Both the position numbers and the translations under genes were made by a program. From Fidelibacterota bacterium (GTDB lineage: Bacteria > Fidelibacterota > Marinisomatia > Marinisomatales > JABMOV01), in the NCBI GenBank assembly GCA_046861395.1, contig JBHHUC010000001.1, positions 32,001 to 96,000 on the forward strand: DNA of 64,000 bases. Reading direction: 5' to 3'. The notes below the pieces were generated by a model. That model did no database searches, was not told the DNA's origin, and was given only the letters and a program-made list of their open reading frames with translations. Below, piece by piece: positions 12,807-23,168 of this stretch (position 1 is the stretch's first letter; each line of letters opens with the position of its first letter).

Positions 12807-13891
12807 CAGCGTTTGAAATAAAGCGCCATGTTGTCGGGGTTTTTCATATCGATTCCATGGGACTCGACGTTGACAACGTTAGTTGTAGTAATAATAGTCT
12901 GAACTTTTTTCTCCAACATGGACATGACGATTTCACTGCGTTCAAAGTCCAGCTTTGCCAGGACATCGTCCAGTAAAATAATGGGTGTGGCTTGGCCTCC
13001 CAGCTGCAAAAACTTGAACTCCGCCAATTTTAACAGGATGAGAGCCAGTTTATGCTCGCCCTGAGAACCAAAGGTCCGCAGGTCATCGCCGTTGAAATAG
13101 AACGTGAAATTATCTCGTTGCGGTCCCCGGTTTGTCCGCCCCAAGGCAATGTCGCGCTGAAGACTCTCCTTGATATCCTTGCGAAAGGCCTCCCTGTCTG
13201 CCGGCTGCGCGGTTTGATGTTGGCCTGACAAGGTCACTGTTGCATCATTCAATTTCTCCATCACTTCGACCAGAACTGTTTCAAATCGCTGCCAGCGGAC
13301 CGCCCGCTGTTCCCATAGGTTCCAGGCAATATCAATGTAGGGCTCATTCCAGGGTTCCAGCGTCTGGCGCGAGGTCTGATGGTCCCGGATAGCCATGAGA
13401 GCCGCATCGCGCTGCTTGCGAATCCGTAGAAATTCGGTTAGGGTATTCATATATTCGCTGGATGCGACACTAAACAGTTTGTCGAAAAATTTTCGCCGCT
13501 CACCAGGCGATCCTTTGGTAACAAGCTGTTCTTCCGGTGAAAGGAGAACAACGGGATTCAGACCGATGAGTTTTTTCCGGCCGGAAATTGTTTCTCCGTT
13601 CACATTCGTTTTGCTACGACCATCGGCCATTTGTGTCGTGGTAATGGTGGTCTCCTGCTGACCCGATGTAAATCGTCCGGTTACACGATAATAGTCCCTG
13701 CCTCGGGTAATCAAGTTTTGGCGGCGGGGCGTCTTGAAACTACGGCCTAACGACAGAGAATATATCGCTTCCAGGATAGACGTTTTTCCGGATCCGTTTT
13801 CTCCCCAAATCACATTTAATCCTGGTTTGAATTCAACCGTGGTATGCTGATGGTTTCGAAAAGAAATCAACTCAACCTCCTGGATAGACAT
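12806..13891 (-). CDS. recF: DNA replication and repair protein RecF
   Basis: SFRNH, Walker A GENGSGKTSILEA, GSQGEHK and PIILLDDV. Confidence 0.95.
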
Positions 13892-13932
13892 GGCGCGGAA
13901 TCGCTGATGTGTTTCCGGATAGCAGGGGCACG

Positions 13933-15048
13933 TTAGTCGTTCAGCCGAATGGGCATCAGAAGCATGGTTATATCCCGGCCCTCCGGTTGCGTGGCGGGAT
14001 AAAACAAGGCGGCGCTGATGGGCGTATTCAGTTTCACGATAACGTCTGATTCATCCAGATGCGACAGAATGTCTTTCAAATACGATGCGTTATAACCGAT
14101 GGTCAACGGTTCACCTTGGAAATCACAGGACAGTTTTTCTTCTGCTTTGGTAGCTTTTTCCGGGTCCTCTGTTGACAGATAAGTTTCATCTGTATCCAGT
14201 CGCAGGGCAATCTGATTGGTGGCTTTGTTGGCAAAAATGGAGACGCGCCGGACAGCGCCCAGAATCTCATTGCGGCTGACAGTCAATATTTTATTATTAT
14301 CCGTGGGCAATACACCTTCATAATTTGGGAAAAGTTCATCAATAATCCTGGTATAAAACCGATCCTCTCCTATCAGCGCTGTGAGATGATTATCGCCGAT
14401 CCAGAGATGGACTTCTTCGTTGGTGTCGGCCACAGATTGAATCAAGTTAATGAATTTCCGCGGAACAATAAGATCGCCTTCGAAATTCCCGCCCTTGAAA
14501 TCGTTCACGATATAGCGTACCAGCCGGTGACCGTCTGTGGCAACAGCCGTCAGGGCTTCGGGGCTGAATTTCATGTAAACACCGGTCAGGGCCGGTTTCA
14601 GGTCGTCATGACTCACGGCAAAACTGGTTTTTTCAAAAATAGCCTTCAGGGTTGATGCTTCCATATCAACCGTTCGGGAATTGTCCACTTCAGGGATGGC
14701 GGGAAATTCTTCCGCCGGTTTCCCCATCAGGTCATAGATTCCCGTATCTGTAATCAATTCCACCTTATTTCTTTCATTGACAGAGATTGTAATTCGACTG
14801 TCCTGAAGCTCATTCGTGATTTCCAGCAAGGTGCTCAGGGGAATCGCCGCCGAGCCCGGTTCTTCTATACTGGCAGGCAATCGTACAACCATGCTTATTT
14901 CAAGATCGGTGGACCGGAGAACCGTTTCATTATCCCGGACCGTAAATAGCGCACAGCTGAGAATTGGTAAGGTGGACCGGGTGGGGGTTGCTTTGGCTAA
15001 TTTTTGCAAGGCCGTCCGGAGTTCATTTTTGGATGTAGAAAGCTTCAT
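13933..15048 (-). CDS. dnaN: DNA polymerase III beta sliding clamp
   Basis: STLPILS, STDLEI, VATDGHRL, FPNYEGV and C-terminal LLMPIRL. Confidence 0.97.
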   Translation of the reverse strand: MKLSTSKNELRTALQKLAKATPTRSTLPILSCALFTVRDNETVLRSTDLEISMVVRLPASIEEPGSAAIPLSTLLEITNELQDSRITISVNERNKVELITDTGIYDLMGKPAEEFPAIPEVDNSRTVDMEASTLKAIFEKTSFAVSHDDLKPALTGVYMKFSPEALTAVATDGHRLVRYIVNDFKGGNFEGDLIVPRKFINLIQSVADTNEEVHLWIGDNHLTALIGEDRFYTRIIDELFPNYEGVLPTDNNKILTVSRNEILGAVRRVSIFANKATNQIALRLDTDETYLSTEDPEKATKAEEKLSCDFQGEPLTIGYNASYLKDILSHLDESDVIVKLNTPISAALFYPATQPEGRDITMLLMPIRLND

Positions 15049-15258
15049 AAATCCCTTGTGTTTTTATGAATATTATTCGAGAGAAAACAACTAACGAGCT
15101 TACCCAAACCACAGACCCGACACAAGAAATTTTCATCCTAAACGGCTCTATTTCGCCATAACTTGAAAATACGGCTAAGGGTGTTGAATTTTCCTGATTT
15201 TAGCTGTATTCTCGCCATTACGGGCACAAGATGTGACACTGGTGGCGGACCCGGGATA

Positions 15259-15732
15259 TTATTCGTCGATGTCTTGTTTTTTTATTTTTTTCCGTAATGC
15301 CTTTTTGCGACTCAGCTTCTTTTTTTCGTCCACGCGGGCTTGGCGGGCGGACCAGCTTGGTTTAGTTGGAATGCGTCGCGGTGCTCGGTAATTGGCTTGC
15401 CGGATTATTTTTTTCAAAATTTCCAGAGCCGTGTCCCGGTTTTTCTTTTGACTCTTATATTCCTGAGCTTTGATTATCAGAGTACCGTCTTTGCTAATAC
15501 GGCGGTCAGCACGGTTGAGCAGACGCATTTTTAACTCTTCCGGCAAACTGGAAGAAGGAACATGAAACCGTAATTGCACGGCGGTAGCCACTTTGTTGAC
15601 ATGCTGTCCGCCAGCTCCCTGGGAACGAATAGCCGTAATCGTGACTTCGCTCATTGGCAAAACGATTGAATCTGAAATTTGTATATAATTGGACTGTTTC
15701 ACGGTTGGTATTCTGAGCTGGACATCGGACAA
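15259..15732 (-). CDS. arfB: Alternative ribosome-rescue peptidyl-tRNA hydrolase ArfB (YaeJ)
   Basis: RSQGAGGQHVNKVATAVQLRF (GGQ motif), SQKKNR and a basic C-terminal tail RIPTKPS...KK. Start uncertain (TTG 15732 or GTG 15702). Confidence 0.92.
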   Translation of the reverse strand: MSDVQLRIPTVKQSNYIQISDSIVLPMSEVTITAIRSQGAGGQHVNKVATAVQLRFHVPSSSLPEELKMRLLNRADRRISKDGTLIIKAQEYKSQKKNRDTALEILKKIIRQANYRAPRRIPTKPSWSARQARVDEKKKLSRKKALRKKIKKQDIDE

Positions 15733-15741
15733 ACGACAGGG

Positions 15742-16092
15742 TAAAATAAAAATAAAATAAATAGATTAATAAGAATATAATATTAATAAGGTCTGTGGGT
15801 TTGTGGAGAAATGTCGAGGGACAGTCCGGATATCCGGAGTTGTTTTCCCCTACGTAACCAGCATTGATTTAAAGAATTGCTTTATGTGGAAAAGGGGTGT
15901 GGAGATGTGGAGAAAAACCCTGTTTTCAACGGCATGTATTTTTTACCTGTTTTTGAGAGGAGGGAAAAGGAGGTGTGGATAATATTTTTCACCAAACTGT
16001 GAATAATCCTATATCATGAAACACAACCCCGTTATAATTAATAATGTTCCCGCTATGTATGGGGAGAAAAATTGTGGAAAGCTTGTGTATTA
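15742..16092. promoter_or_regulatory. Putative chromosomal replication origin oriC
   Basis: Same-orientation DnaA boxes: TGTGGATAA 15974-15982 (perfect), TGTGAATAA 15998-16006, TGTGGAAAA 15885-15893, TGTGGAGAA 15802-15810 and 15906-15914, TGTGGAGAT 15898-15906, TGTGGAAAG 16073-16081 and TGTGTATTA 16084-16092. A near-pure AT tract at 15742-15789 lies beside tandem boxes. Confidence 0.85.
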
Positions 16093-17367
16093 TTCCATAA
16101 TGCGGATATAAAAGCGGTCACGAACCTTATCCATCCAGTCCTGGTAGATTTTCATCTTTTTCTGGTTAAGGGCCATCATTTCAATTTCCGACCAGTGGGT
16201 TTCCAGCGTTGGTTTTCCGCCGGGCTTGATGTCTTCTAGCCAGAGTAGGTGATATCCAAAGGACGTTTTCACGGGAGGGCTAACGGTTCGCATTTCCAAG
16301 TAGGGAACGACCTGAGTAAATTCTGGAATCCCGAATTCATTGGGATTGACCCAACCCAGATCACCGCCCAGGTCCCGAGTTTTTTCATCCGTGGAATAGG
16401 TTTTGGCTAGTCGCTTAAAATCTTCCAGGGTGGAAATGGAATCCCGGAGCGATAGGGCATATTCATAGGCCCGAGAGTCGTCCTCGTCCGTGATTTCGGG
16501 CGTAAAAAGAATATGCCGCATACGAATCTTATCCCCTTGTTTTTCCAGAGGTTGAATAAGATGATATCCGAAGGGCGTGGATACCGGATCGCTAATGGAA
16601 TCGAGGGGCAGAGTGAAGGCAACCGTTTCAAAGGACGGGACCAGGGAGCCGCGCCGGACAAATCCAAGATCACCACCGCGAGAAGCCGTTCCAGGATCCT
16701 GAGAATATTGCGAGGCGGCATCGGCAAAGTCAATGGAACCGGACCGAATGTCATTTTTAAGTTGTTTCAGAAAAGAGATGGTGGCGGCTTTACTTTCCTC
16801 GTTGGGCTCAATCGGCAAGAGAATATGGCGGAGTTTTATCATGGTGGGGACAAGGGGAAGGCTGTCCTGGTAAGTATTATAAAATTCGATGACATCCTGG
16901 CGACCGGTTTTTACATCACCGATGATGGTTTGCTGATACCGTTCGGAAATGAGCATGTCGCGGATATCCTGCCAGTTTTCCCGCCGGTAATCCTTTATAG
17001 ATTGCCCTAATGCTTCTTCCAGACGCTCTTCGCTTCCGGCCTGGGACAACATATTTTCTACCTGTTGTTCCATGGCGGCATCCACCTCAGAATCCTTGAC
17101 TTCGATCGAGTCCAGCTTGGCCAGCTCCAGCAGAATTTTTCGATCCACTAACGACTGGAGAACCTCCTCTTCAAGCTGACGAAAGCGATCCGGCTGCTGA
17201 CTGGGATAAACCCCCTGTTGCAAAGCTGTCATGGTTGCGATTTGAGCCACGTCGCTTTTCAGGATCAGGTGGTCTCCGACGACAGCGGCCACGCCATCCA
17301 GGTATGTTGGAGAATTCTGGGCAAAAAGGGTAAAAAGCAATCCAAGGGAAAGTAAGAAATGTTTCAT
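16090..17367 (-). CDS. surA: Periplasmic chaperone / PPIase SurA-like
   Basis: Signal peptide, LDGVAAVVGDHLILKSDV N-domain and two parvulin domains (RHILL...YSQDPGTASRGGDLG...TPFGYHLI). Confidence 0.88.
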   Translation of the reverse strand: MKHFLLSLGLLFTLFAQNSPTYLDGVAAVVGDHLILKSDVAQIATMTALQQGVYPSQQPDRFRQLEEEVLQSLVDRKILLELAKLDSIEVKDSEVDAAMEQQVENMLSQAGSEERLEEALGQSIKDYRRENWQDIRDMLISERYQQTIIGDVKTGRQDVIEFYNTYQDSLPLVPTMIKLRHILLPIEPNEESKAATISFLKQLKNDIRSGSIDFADAASQYSQDPGTASRGGDLGFVRRGSLVPSFETVAFTLPLDSISDPVSTPFGYHLIQPLEKQGDKIRMRHILFTPEITDEDDSRAYEYALSLRDSISTLEDFKRLAKTYSTDEKTRDLGGDLGWVNPNEFGIPEFTQVVPYLEMRTVSPPVKTSFGYHLLWLEDIKPGGKPTLETHWSEIEMMALNQKKMKIYQDWMDKVRDRFYIRIME

Positions 17368-18161
17368 TGAGTAATGTTCTCCAAATAGGTTTCAATATTG
17401 TTGCGGGCCATAAGACTGTCAAGAATTTTGCGGGAAGTGAGTAAAATACGTTTCTGTATCAATTGCTGTTGGATTTCGTCATAAGCTTCATCAAGGCTAA
17501 TAATTGAACCGGCAGGATATTGTTTCAATATTTCTATGACATGATAACGATCGTCAATTTGAATCGGTCCCAGAACCTGCCGGTTTCGGGCTTGAAAAAT
17601 CAAGTCATCAAGGGCCGGTAACAGGAACCCCTTTTTCACAATCGCGGCAGACACATCATAATCCACGAACAGAGCCTTCAGTTCGCCCCCGGAGCGTTTT
17701 TGTTTTAATATCCGGGCGATGTTCCTTGCTTCATTGAGTGACGGTACGGCAAAATGATAAACTTTTGCTTCGTCCACCAACCGGCGAAAGGAGGATTTAT
17801 TTTCTTCATAATAGGCCTTGATTTCAGCCCCGCTCAGGGGGTTGCTGACAGTTACCAGTTCTTCCATAACCGAATCCCCGAGCAGTTTGCGCCGGTATTC
17901 ATCCACCATTGATTGCAGCGTCCGGTCCTTATCGTAAGCATGTTCCAGGGCGGTCTGATACAGAACTTCATCCATAATCCAACGGGAAACAATATGATTC
18001 GGCGTAAGATTGGGGTCGGAATAATTTTTCTGTAACAGCTGAAAGTCTTCGACCGTAAGGACGTGGTCGTTCACCCGGGCGATAATAACCGGCTGCTCGG
18101 AAGCGGGCTTGGTGCACGCCACCAGAAGCAGGGTGCAGGTCCATAAAACGATGAATCTCAT
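17364..18161 (-). CDS. PpiC/PrsA-like foldase lipoprotein (degenerate parvulin)
   Basis: Lipobox LVAC, IIARVNDHVLT and EIKAYYEENKSSF; coupled to surA. Confidence 0.75.
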   Translation of the reverse strand: MRFIVLWTCTLLLVACTKPASEQPVIIARVNDHVLTVEDFQLLQKNYSDPNLTPNHIVSRWIMDEVLYQTALEHAYDKDRTLQSMVDEYRRKLLGDSVMEELVTVSNPLSGAEIKAYYEENKSSFRRLVDEAKVYHFAVPSLNEARNIARILKQKRSGGELKALFVDYDVSAAIVKKGFLLPALDDLIFQARNRQVLGPIQIDDRYHVIEILKQYPAGSIISLDEAYDEIQQQLIQKRILLTSRKILDSLMARNNIETYLENITQ

Positions 18162-18169
18162 AAAATAAA

Positions 18170-21100
18170 TTACGGCGAGTGAAGCCCGAACAGGTCCTTA
18201 AAAGTTTCCACTACGGCCATGACCGCTTCCGGGTTCCCTGCCCGAACGCTCACCAGAATATCGTCTGTTTTGGTTCGGGGAGAAAGCGAAAAGGGATTAC
18301 CAAGAGACCGCAGCCTCCGGCTCAACGCATCAATCATTTCCAAGGGAGAAGAAAAGGGGGCAAACCCGGACAATATAACGGTTACCTCCGTTTTAGTCAG
18401 CCTCAGGCTGTGTATCGGCGTTCCGCGGCAGCCGGCCCGGAGGAGCGCTACGGCAACCAGCCGCTGTGCCGACGGGGGAAGCGGTCCAAACCGGTCCCGG
18501 ATTTCAGCCTGAATTTCCCGTATATCCGCTTCCCGCACTGCTTCGGACAGGCGTTTGTAGAAAAAGATACGATCTTCAACCTGCGGCATATATTCGGAAT
18601 CCAGCAAGGCCGGCTCGGAGATGACGACGGAAACAGGAGGCGGAGCCGAATCCGTTTTCCCCAAGGTTTCATCAACCGCCTCTTTCAATATCTGACAGTA
18701 AAGATCAAATCCCACGGCCGCGATATTCCCGCTCTGTTTATATCCGAACAGATTTCCGGCCCCTCGGATTTCCAGGTCCTTGAGGGCGATATCCAAACCG
18801 GAACCAAGTGAAGTATACTGTTCAATGGCCTTCAGCCGTTTGAAAGCGTCATTTGTGAGAGAAACATTCATTGGCAGAAGAAGGTAGCAAAAGGCTTGTC
18901 TGTAGCTCCGTCCCACGCGCCCCCGAATTTGATAGAGTTGCGCTAGGCCGAACCTGTGTGCCTGGTCGATGATAATGGTATTGGCATTTGAAACATCCAG
19001 GCCCGACTCAATGATGGTTGTACACAGGAGAATATCAATTTCACCACGGAAAAACGCCAAAACAATTTTTTCCAGATCACGGCTCCTCATCTGACCATAA
19101 GCAATGGCCACACGGGCTGAGGGAATTCTTGATGTTACCTCTTTATAAACAAATGGTAATGTATCAACGGAATTGTGCAAAAAATAACTTTGGCCGCCGC
19201 GATCGAGTTCGGCTTTTAATACCCGTGCAACGACATCCCAATCATGATATTTGATGAAAGTATGAATGGGTTTTCGTGAAAGGGGTGGCGTCTGAATTTT
19301 GCTGATATCCCGAATACCGACGAGAGACTGTTGGAGCGTCCGTGGAATGGGCGTAGCAGTCAACGTCAGTACGTCAACCGTTGTCTTGAGCCGTTTTAGC
19401 GTTTCCTTATGTTTCACGCCGAAACGATGTTCTTCGTCAACAATCAACAACCCCAAATCGGGGAAGGTCACATCCTGTGACAAAAGCCGATGGGTGCCGA
19501 TCACCACATCCACCTCTCCCCGCAGCATACTTTCCAGAACGGCAAGCTGCTCGTTATTTTTGCGGAACCGGGAAAGAAGGTCAACGGACACACCTACGGG
19601 CTTCAAGCGCGACGTAAATGAAATGAAATGTTGATCGGCGAGAATGGTGGTGGGAGTAAGCAGTAGGACCTTTTTACCACTGGCCACCGCCTTGATGGTT
19701 GCCCTGATGGCCACCTCTGTCTTACCAAACCCCACATCGCCGCAGATAAGTCGGTCCATCGGCCTGTCCCGTTCCATGTCCCGGACAACATCCTGAATGG
19801 CTTGAGCCTGATCCGGCGTTTCTTCAAAGGAAAAGGATTGAGCCACCGCCTCATATAACTCGTCGTTAGGTTGATAGCAGAATCCGCGGGAACGATTCCG
19901 ATTGGCGTACATGGTCAGTAAATCCTGAACCACAACCTGGGTGGATTTTTTCACGCGTAGCTTCAGGTTATGCCAGGATTTTGTTCCCAGCCGCGTTAAG
20001 GCCGGAGGGCGACCACCACCATGGATAAACTTATGAATTTTATCAAACTTATCAATAGGAACATAAATATTGGAACCGTCGGCGTATTCAATGGTGATAC
20101 ATTCGGACGTCATATCGTTTTGCTGTAGCGTTTTCAGTCCTCGATATCGGCCAATACCATAATCGCGATGAACCAATAAATCACCCCACTCAATATCATC
20201 GATTGCCGAAATGGATTCGTAGGGCGAATAGGCGATTTCGTCTGCCGCCCAGCGATAGCGATCCGGGGCCGTCCGCTGAAAAAAAACAGGCAGCGAGAGA
20301 CAAAGGAAATTTTGTTCAAGAATTTCAAAATGATCAGCCAGGCTGCCGTGAACCAACACAGGCGACCGAAAGGGCAGCTTTTCAAGACGAACCGCTGACT
20401 GCGAATTGTCGGAAAAAGCGAAAACGTCAGAGTGGTGTGCGTCAGAATTAAGGTCCGGCCGTTGAGCCCGAATAACCGTTTTATTGTCATCGTCACCCCT
20501 TTGTAACAGACAAACATCCTGCTTTATGGTCCTCAGGTGCCACTCATCGGATTGCTGCAATAATTGCTGAAGGGTATAATTTTCCCGCTCCGTTGTTTCG
20601 TCCCACGACGGTGGAAGAATATCAAGATATTCCAAATCATGCACCCGCCGTTGCGAGAGGGGATTGAAGGTTCTCAGCGACTCCAGGCGATTGCCAAAAA
20701 ACTCCAGCCTTACAGGAAGCGCGGCATAAAGCAGAAAAACATCAAGGATTCCACCGCGGGATGCAAATGTTTTCGGATAGGTTACTTTATCGCAAGGTTC
20801 AAAACCCCAGGCAACCAATGTGCGAACGATGTGTTCTTTTGATATATCGGCATCTACGGTTAAATGAAACCCTTCCTGACGACTGTTTACCGGGTTTTTG
20901 ACGGGAGTCTGTAGCCCGCCTTCAGTGGTAATGATCAACCCGCTGTTTTTCTGTACAAGAGCATTGTAGGCCTCGGACTGAAAACGTTCATATTCCAGAT
21001 TAAACCCTTCGACATCCTGCCGTTCCATAGGTTGCTCCGGAAAGAAGAAAACAGAGTCGGGACGGAGATTGAAACAGAATCGATACAGCTCTTCCGCTTG

Positions 21101-21283
21101 TCGGCCGGAGAGACAAACACAGTGGACCCGGTCGATCTCCCGCGGAAGATTCAGGAGGGCAACAGAAACAAAGGAAACGGGACCAAGAAAAGAATGTTCT
21201 CTGGCCGGACGCCCACCTAAAACACGATCGATGAAAAGATCGAAGAAAGAATAGAGAGAAAGCGTTTCACGTGAAACATTCAT
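18170..21283 (-). CDS. mfd: Transcription-repair coupling factor
   Basis: RGGILDVF, GDLLVHRDYGIGRY (RID), DRLICGDVGFGKTEVA, DEEHRFGV, QIRGRVGRS, DLEIRGAGNLFG and a TRCF C-terminus. Confidence 0.95.
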   Translation of the reverse strand: MNVSRETLSLYSFFDLFIDRVLGGRPAREHSFLGPVSFVSVALLNLPREIDRVHCVCLSGRQAEELYRFCFNLRPDSVFFFPEQPMERQDVEGFNLEYERFQSEAYNALVQKNSGLIITTEGGLQTPVKNPVNSRQEGFHLTVDADISKEHIVRTLVAWGFEPCDKVTYPKTFASRGGILDVFLLYAALPVRLEFFGNRLESLRTFNPLSQRRVHDLEYLDILPPSWDETTERENYTLQQLLQQSDEWHLRTIKQDVCLLQRGDDDNKTVIRAQRPDLNSDAHHSDVFAFSDNSQSAVRLEKLPFRSPVLVHGSLADHFEILEQNFLCLSLPVFFQRTAPDRYRWAADEIAYSPYESISAIDDIEWGDLLVHRDYGIGRYRGLKTLQQNDMTSECITIEYADGSNIYVPIDKFDKIHKFIHGGGRPPALTRLGTKSWHNLKLRVKKSTQVVVQDLLTMYANRNRSRGFCYQPNDELYEAVAQSFSFEETPDQAQAIQDVVRDMERDRPMDRLICGDVGFGKTEVAIRATIKAVASGKKVLLLTPTTILADQHFISFTSRLKPVGVSVDLLSRFRKNNEQLAVLESMLRGEVDVVIGTHRLLSQDVTFPDLGLLIVDEEHRFGVKHKETLKRLKTTVDVLTLTATPIPRTLQQSLVGIRDISKIQTPPLSRKPIHTFIKYHDWDVVARVLKAELDRGGQSYFLHNSVDTLPFVYKEVTSRIPSARVAIAYGQMRSRDLEKIVLAFFRGEIDILLCTTIIESGLDVSNANTIIIDQAHRFGLAQLYQIRGRVGRSYRQAFCYLLLPMNVSLTNDAFKRLKAIEQYTSLGSGLDIALKDLEIRGAGNLFGYKQSGNIAAVGFDLYCQILKEAVDETLGKTDSAPPPVSVVISEPALLDSEYMPQVEDRIFFYKRLSEAVREADIREIQAEIRDRFGPLPPSAQRLVAVALLRAGCRGTPIHSLRLTKTEVTVILSGFAPFSSPLEMIDALSRRLRSLGNPFSLSPRTKTDDILVSVRAGNPEAVMAVVETFKDLFGLHSP
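21263..21278. promoter_or_regulatory. parS centromere-like site
   Basis: CGTTTCACGTGAAACA, a 15/16 match to the consensus TGTTTCACGTGAAACA; encodes part of NVSRET at the start of mfd. Confidence 0.85.
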
Positions 21284-23160
21284 GTCTGGCGACCACGGGC
21301 CAATAAAACAGAGAGAACGGAAATGTCTGCCGGCGTAACACCGGAAATCCGCATGGCCTGCCCCAGGGTTTCCGGTCGAATACGAGTCAGCTTTTCCCGC
21401 GCCTCCAGGGAAAGGCTTGCAACTTCATGATAATTTAATGATGTCGGCAGACGATACGATTCTTGGCGGCGAAGTGTTTCAACCTGCCTTAATTGTCGGC
21501 GGATGTAACCTTCATACTTCACGCTGGTTTCGACCTCAAGGAAAACTTCATCCCGAAAACAGGGATCAATGTTTTGTAGTGGGACGTGCTGGAAAAGGCG
21601 CTCGGGAAGATCCTGCAGGGTAACTTCAGGACGCTTCAGGAGCGACCGAGCCGGAATCTTTTGTTTTATCGGAGCTTCTCCCGCCACCGACAGGGTGGGG
21701 TTAATTTCCTCCGGCAAAACCGAACCATCCAGAGCCGCTTGAATTTCATTCTCCATAATTAGCAGAGATTGCAACCGCTCATAATATGGCTCGTCAATGA
21801 GTCCGGCGGAAAAAGAAAGATCAGCCAGACGGCGGTGACTGTTTGAATATCGCAGCAGCAGTCGGTATTCGGCCCGGGAGGTAAACATGCGATACGGTTC
21901 AAGCGTATCCTTGGTAATCAGGTCATCGATTAAAACGCCGGCATAGGCCACACTGCGATCCAACAACACCGGAGCTTCGTCCATAACGTGTTTGGCGGCA
22001 TTAGCACCGGCGATTAATCCCTGAACCCCGGCCTCTTCGTAGCCGGAGGTGCCGTTGATCTGTCCCGCCAGAAAAAGACCGGTCACGGCTTTTGATTCCA
22101 GCGAAGCTTTTAGTTGTGAGGGTGGAAAAAAATCATATTCAATAGCATAGCCGGGCCGGAAAAAACAGGCGTTTTCAAAACCGGGAATCGCACGGATAGC
22201 CGCCAGCTGGACGTTTTCTGGGAGACTGGTGGAAAAGCCATTGATATAGATTTGATCTGAATTTTTCCATTCCGGCTCAAGAAAAAGCGTATGGGCACTC
22301 TGATGGGGAAAGCGATGTATTTTATCCTCAATGGAAGGACAATAACGGGGCCCAACACCGGACACGTCACCGGAAAACAAGGGCGAAGTATGAATATTTT
22401 CGCCAACGATGGAGTGTGTCTGACTTGTTGTTTTGGTCTGATAACAGGGAATGTTTTGCGGTTCAAAGTTTCGCGTACCGTAGGAAAACGGTGTGGGATT
22501 GTTGTCGCCGAATACAGGAGCTGTTTGGGCCCAATCTACCGTTTGTTTTATTAACCGGGGCGGCGTTCCGGTCTTCAGGCGGCCGCGGTGAAACCCAAGG
22601 GAAGCGAGGAATTCCGTTATTCCCGCGGCATAAGGTTCCCCCATACGCCCGGCACGAATCTTTCGTTCTCCAATATGAATCAAGCCGTTTAGAAATGTGC
22701 CGCAGGTCAGGACCACTGCTTTGGCATCAATAGATTCTCCACTGCGCAACACGACACCGGAGGTGTAACCTTCGGACACTAGAATGCGAACAACTTCGCC
22801 GCGCACCAGGGAGAATGTTTCCCGTTGAAATACAGCCGCTTGAATCTGTTGTTCATACAGCCGCTTGTCAATTTGTGCCCGGGGGGACCATACCGACCGA
22901 CCCTTGGAACGATTCAGCATTTTAAATTGTAGGCCGGTCTGATCGGCGATTTTGGGCATAAGGCCGCCCAGAACATCCATTTCACGTACGATTTGTCCCT
23001 TGGCTAGACCGCCAATTGCCGGGTTGCAGGACATACGGGCCACGGCGGCAGGGTCCAGTGTAACCAGGGCCGTTTTCAGTCCCCGGTTCAGGGCGGCATG
23101 GACGGCTTCGACGCCGGCATGGCCGCCACCCACGACGATAATGTCAACCAGGAGTTTCAC
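21280..23160 (-). CDS. mnmG: tRNA uridine-5-carboxymethylaminomethyl modification enzyme MnmG (GidA)
   Basis: VVGGGHAGVEA, MSCNPAIGGLAKG, GPRYCPSIEDK, AGQINGTSGYEEA and EPYRMFTSRAEYRL. Confidence 0.97.
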   Translation of the reverse strand: MKLLVDIIVVGGGHAGVEAVHAALNRGLKTALVTLDPAAVARMSCNPAIGGLAKGQIVREMDVLGGLMPKIADQTGLQFKMLNRSKGRSVWSPRAQIDKRLYEQQIQAAVFQRETFSLVRGEVVRILVSEGYTSGVVLRSGESIDAKAVVLTCGTFLNGLIHIGERKIRAGRMGEPYAAGITEFLASLGFHRGRLKTGTPPRLIKQTVDWAQTAPVFGDNNPTPFSYGTRNFEPQNIPCYQTKTTSQTHSIVGENIHTSPLFSGDVSGVGPRYCPSIEDKIHRFPHQSAHTLFLEPEWKNSDQIYINGFSTSLPENVQLAAIRAIPGFENACFFRPGYAIEYDFFPPSQLKASLESKAVTGLFLAGQINGTSGYEEAGVQGLIAGANAAKHVMDEAPVLLDRSVAYAGVLIDDLITKDTLEPYRMFTSRAEYRLLLRYSNSHRRLADLSFSAGLIDEPYYERLQSLLIMENEIQAALDGSVLPEEINPTLSVAGEAPIKQKIPARSLLKRPEVTLQDLPERLFQHVPLQNIDPCFRDEVFLEVETSVKYEGYIRRQLRQVETLRRQESYRLPTSLNYHEVASLSLEAREKLTRIRPETLGQAMRISGVTPADISVLSVLLARGRQT

Positions 23161-23168
23161 GTGAAACT
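23153..23168. promoter_or_regulatory. parS centromere-like site
   Basis: Perfect palindrome AGTTTCACGTGAAACT spanning the mnmE stop and mnmG GTG start. Confidence 0.85.
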
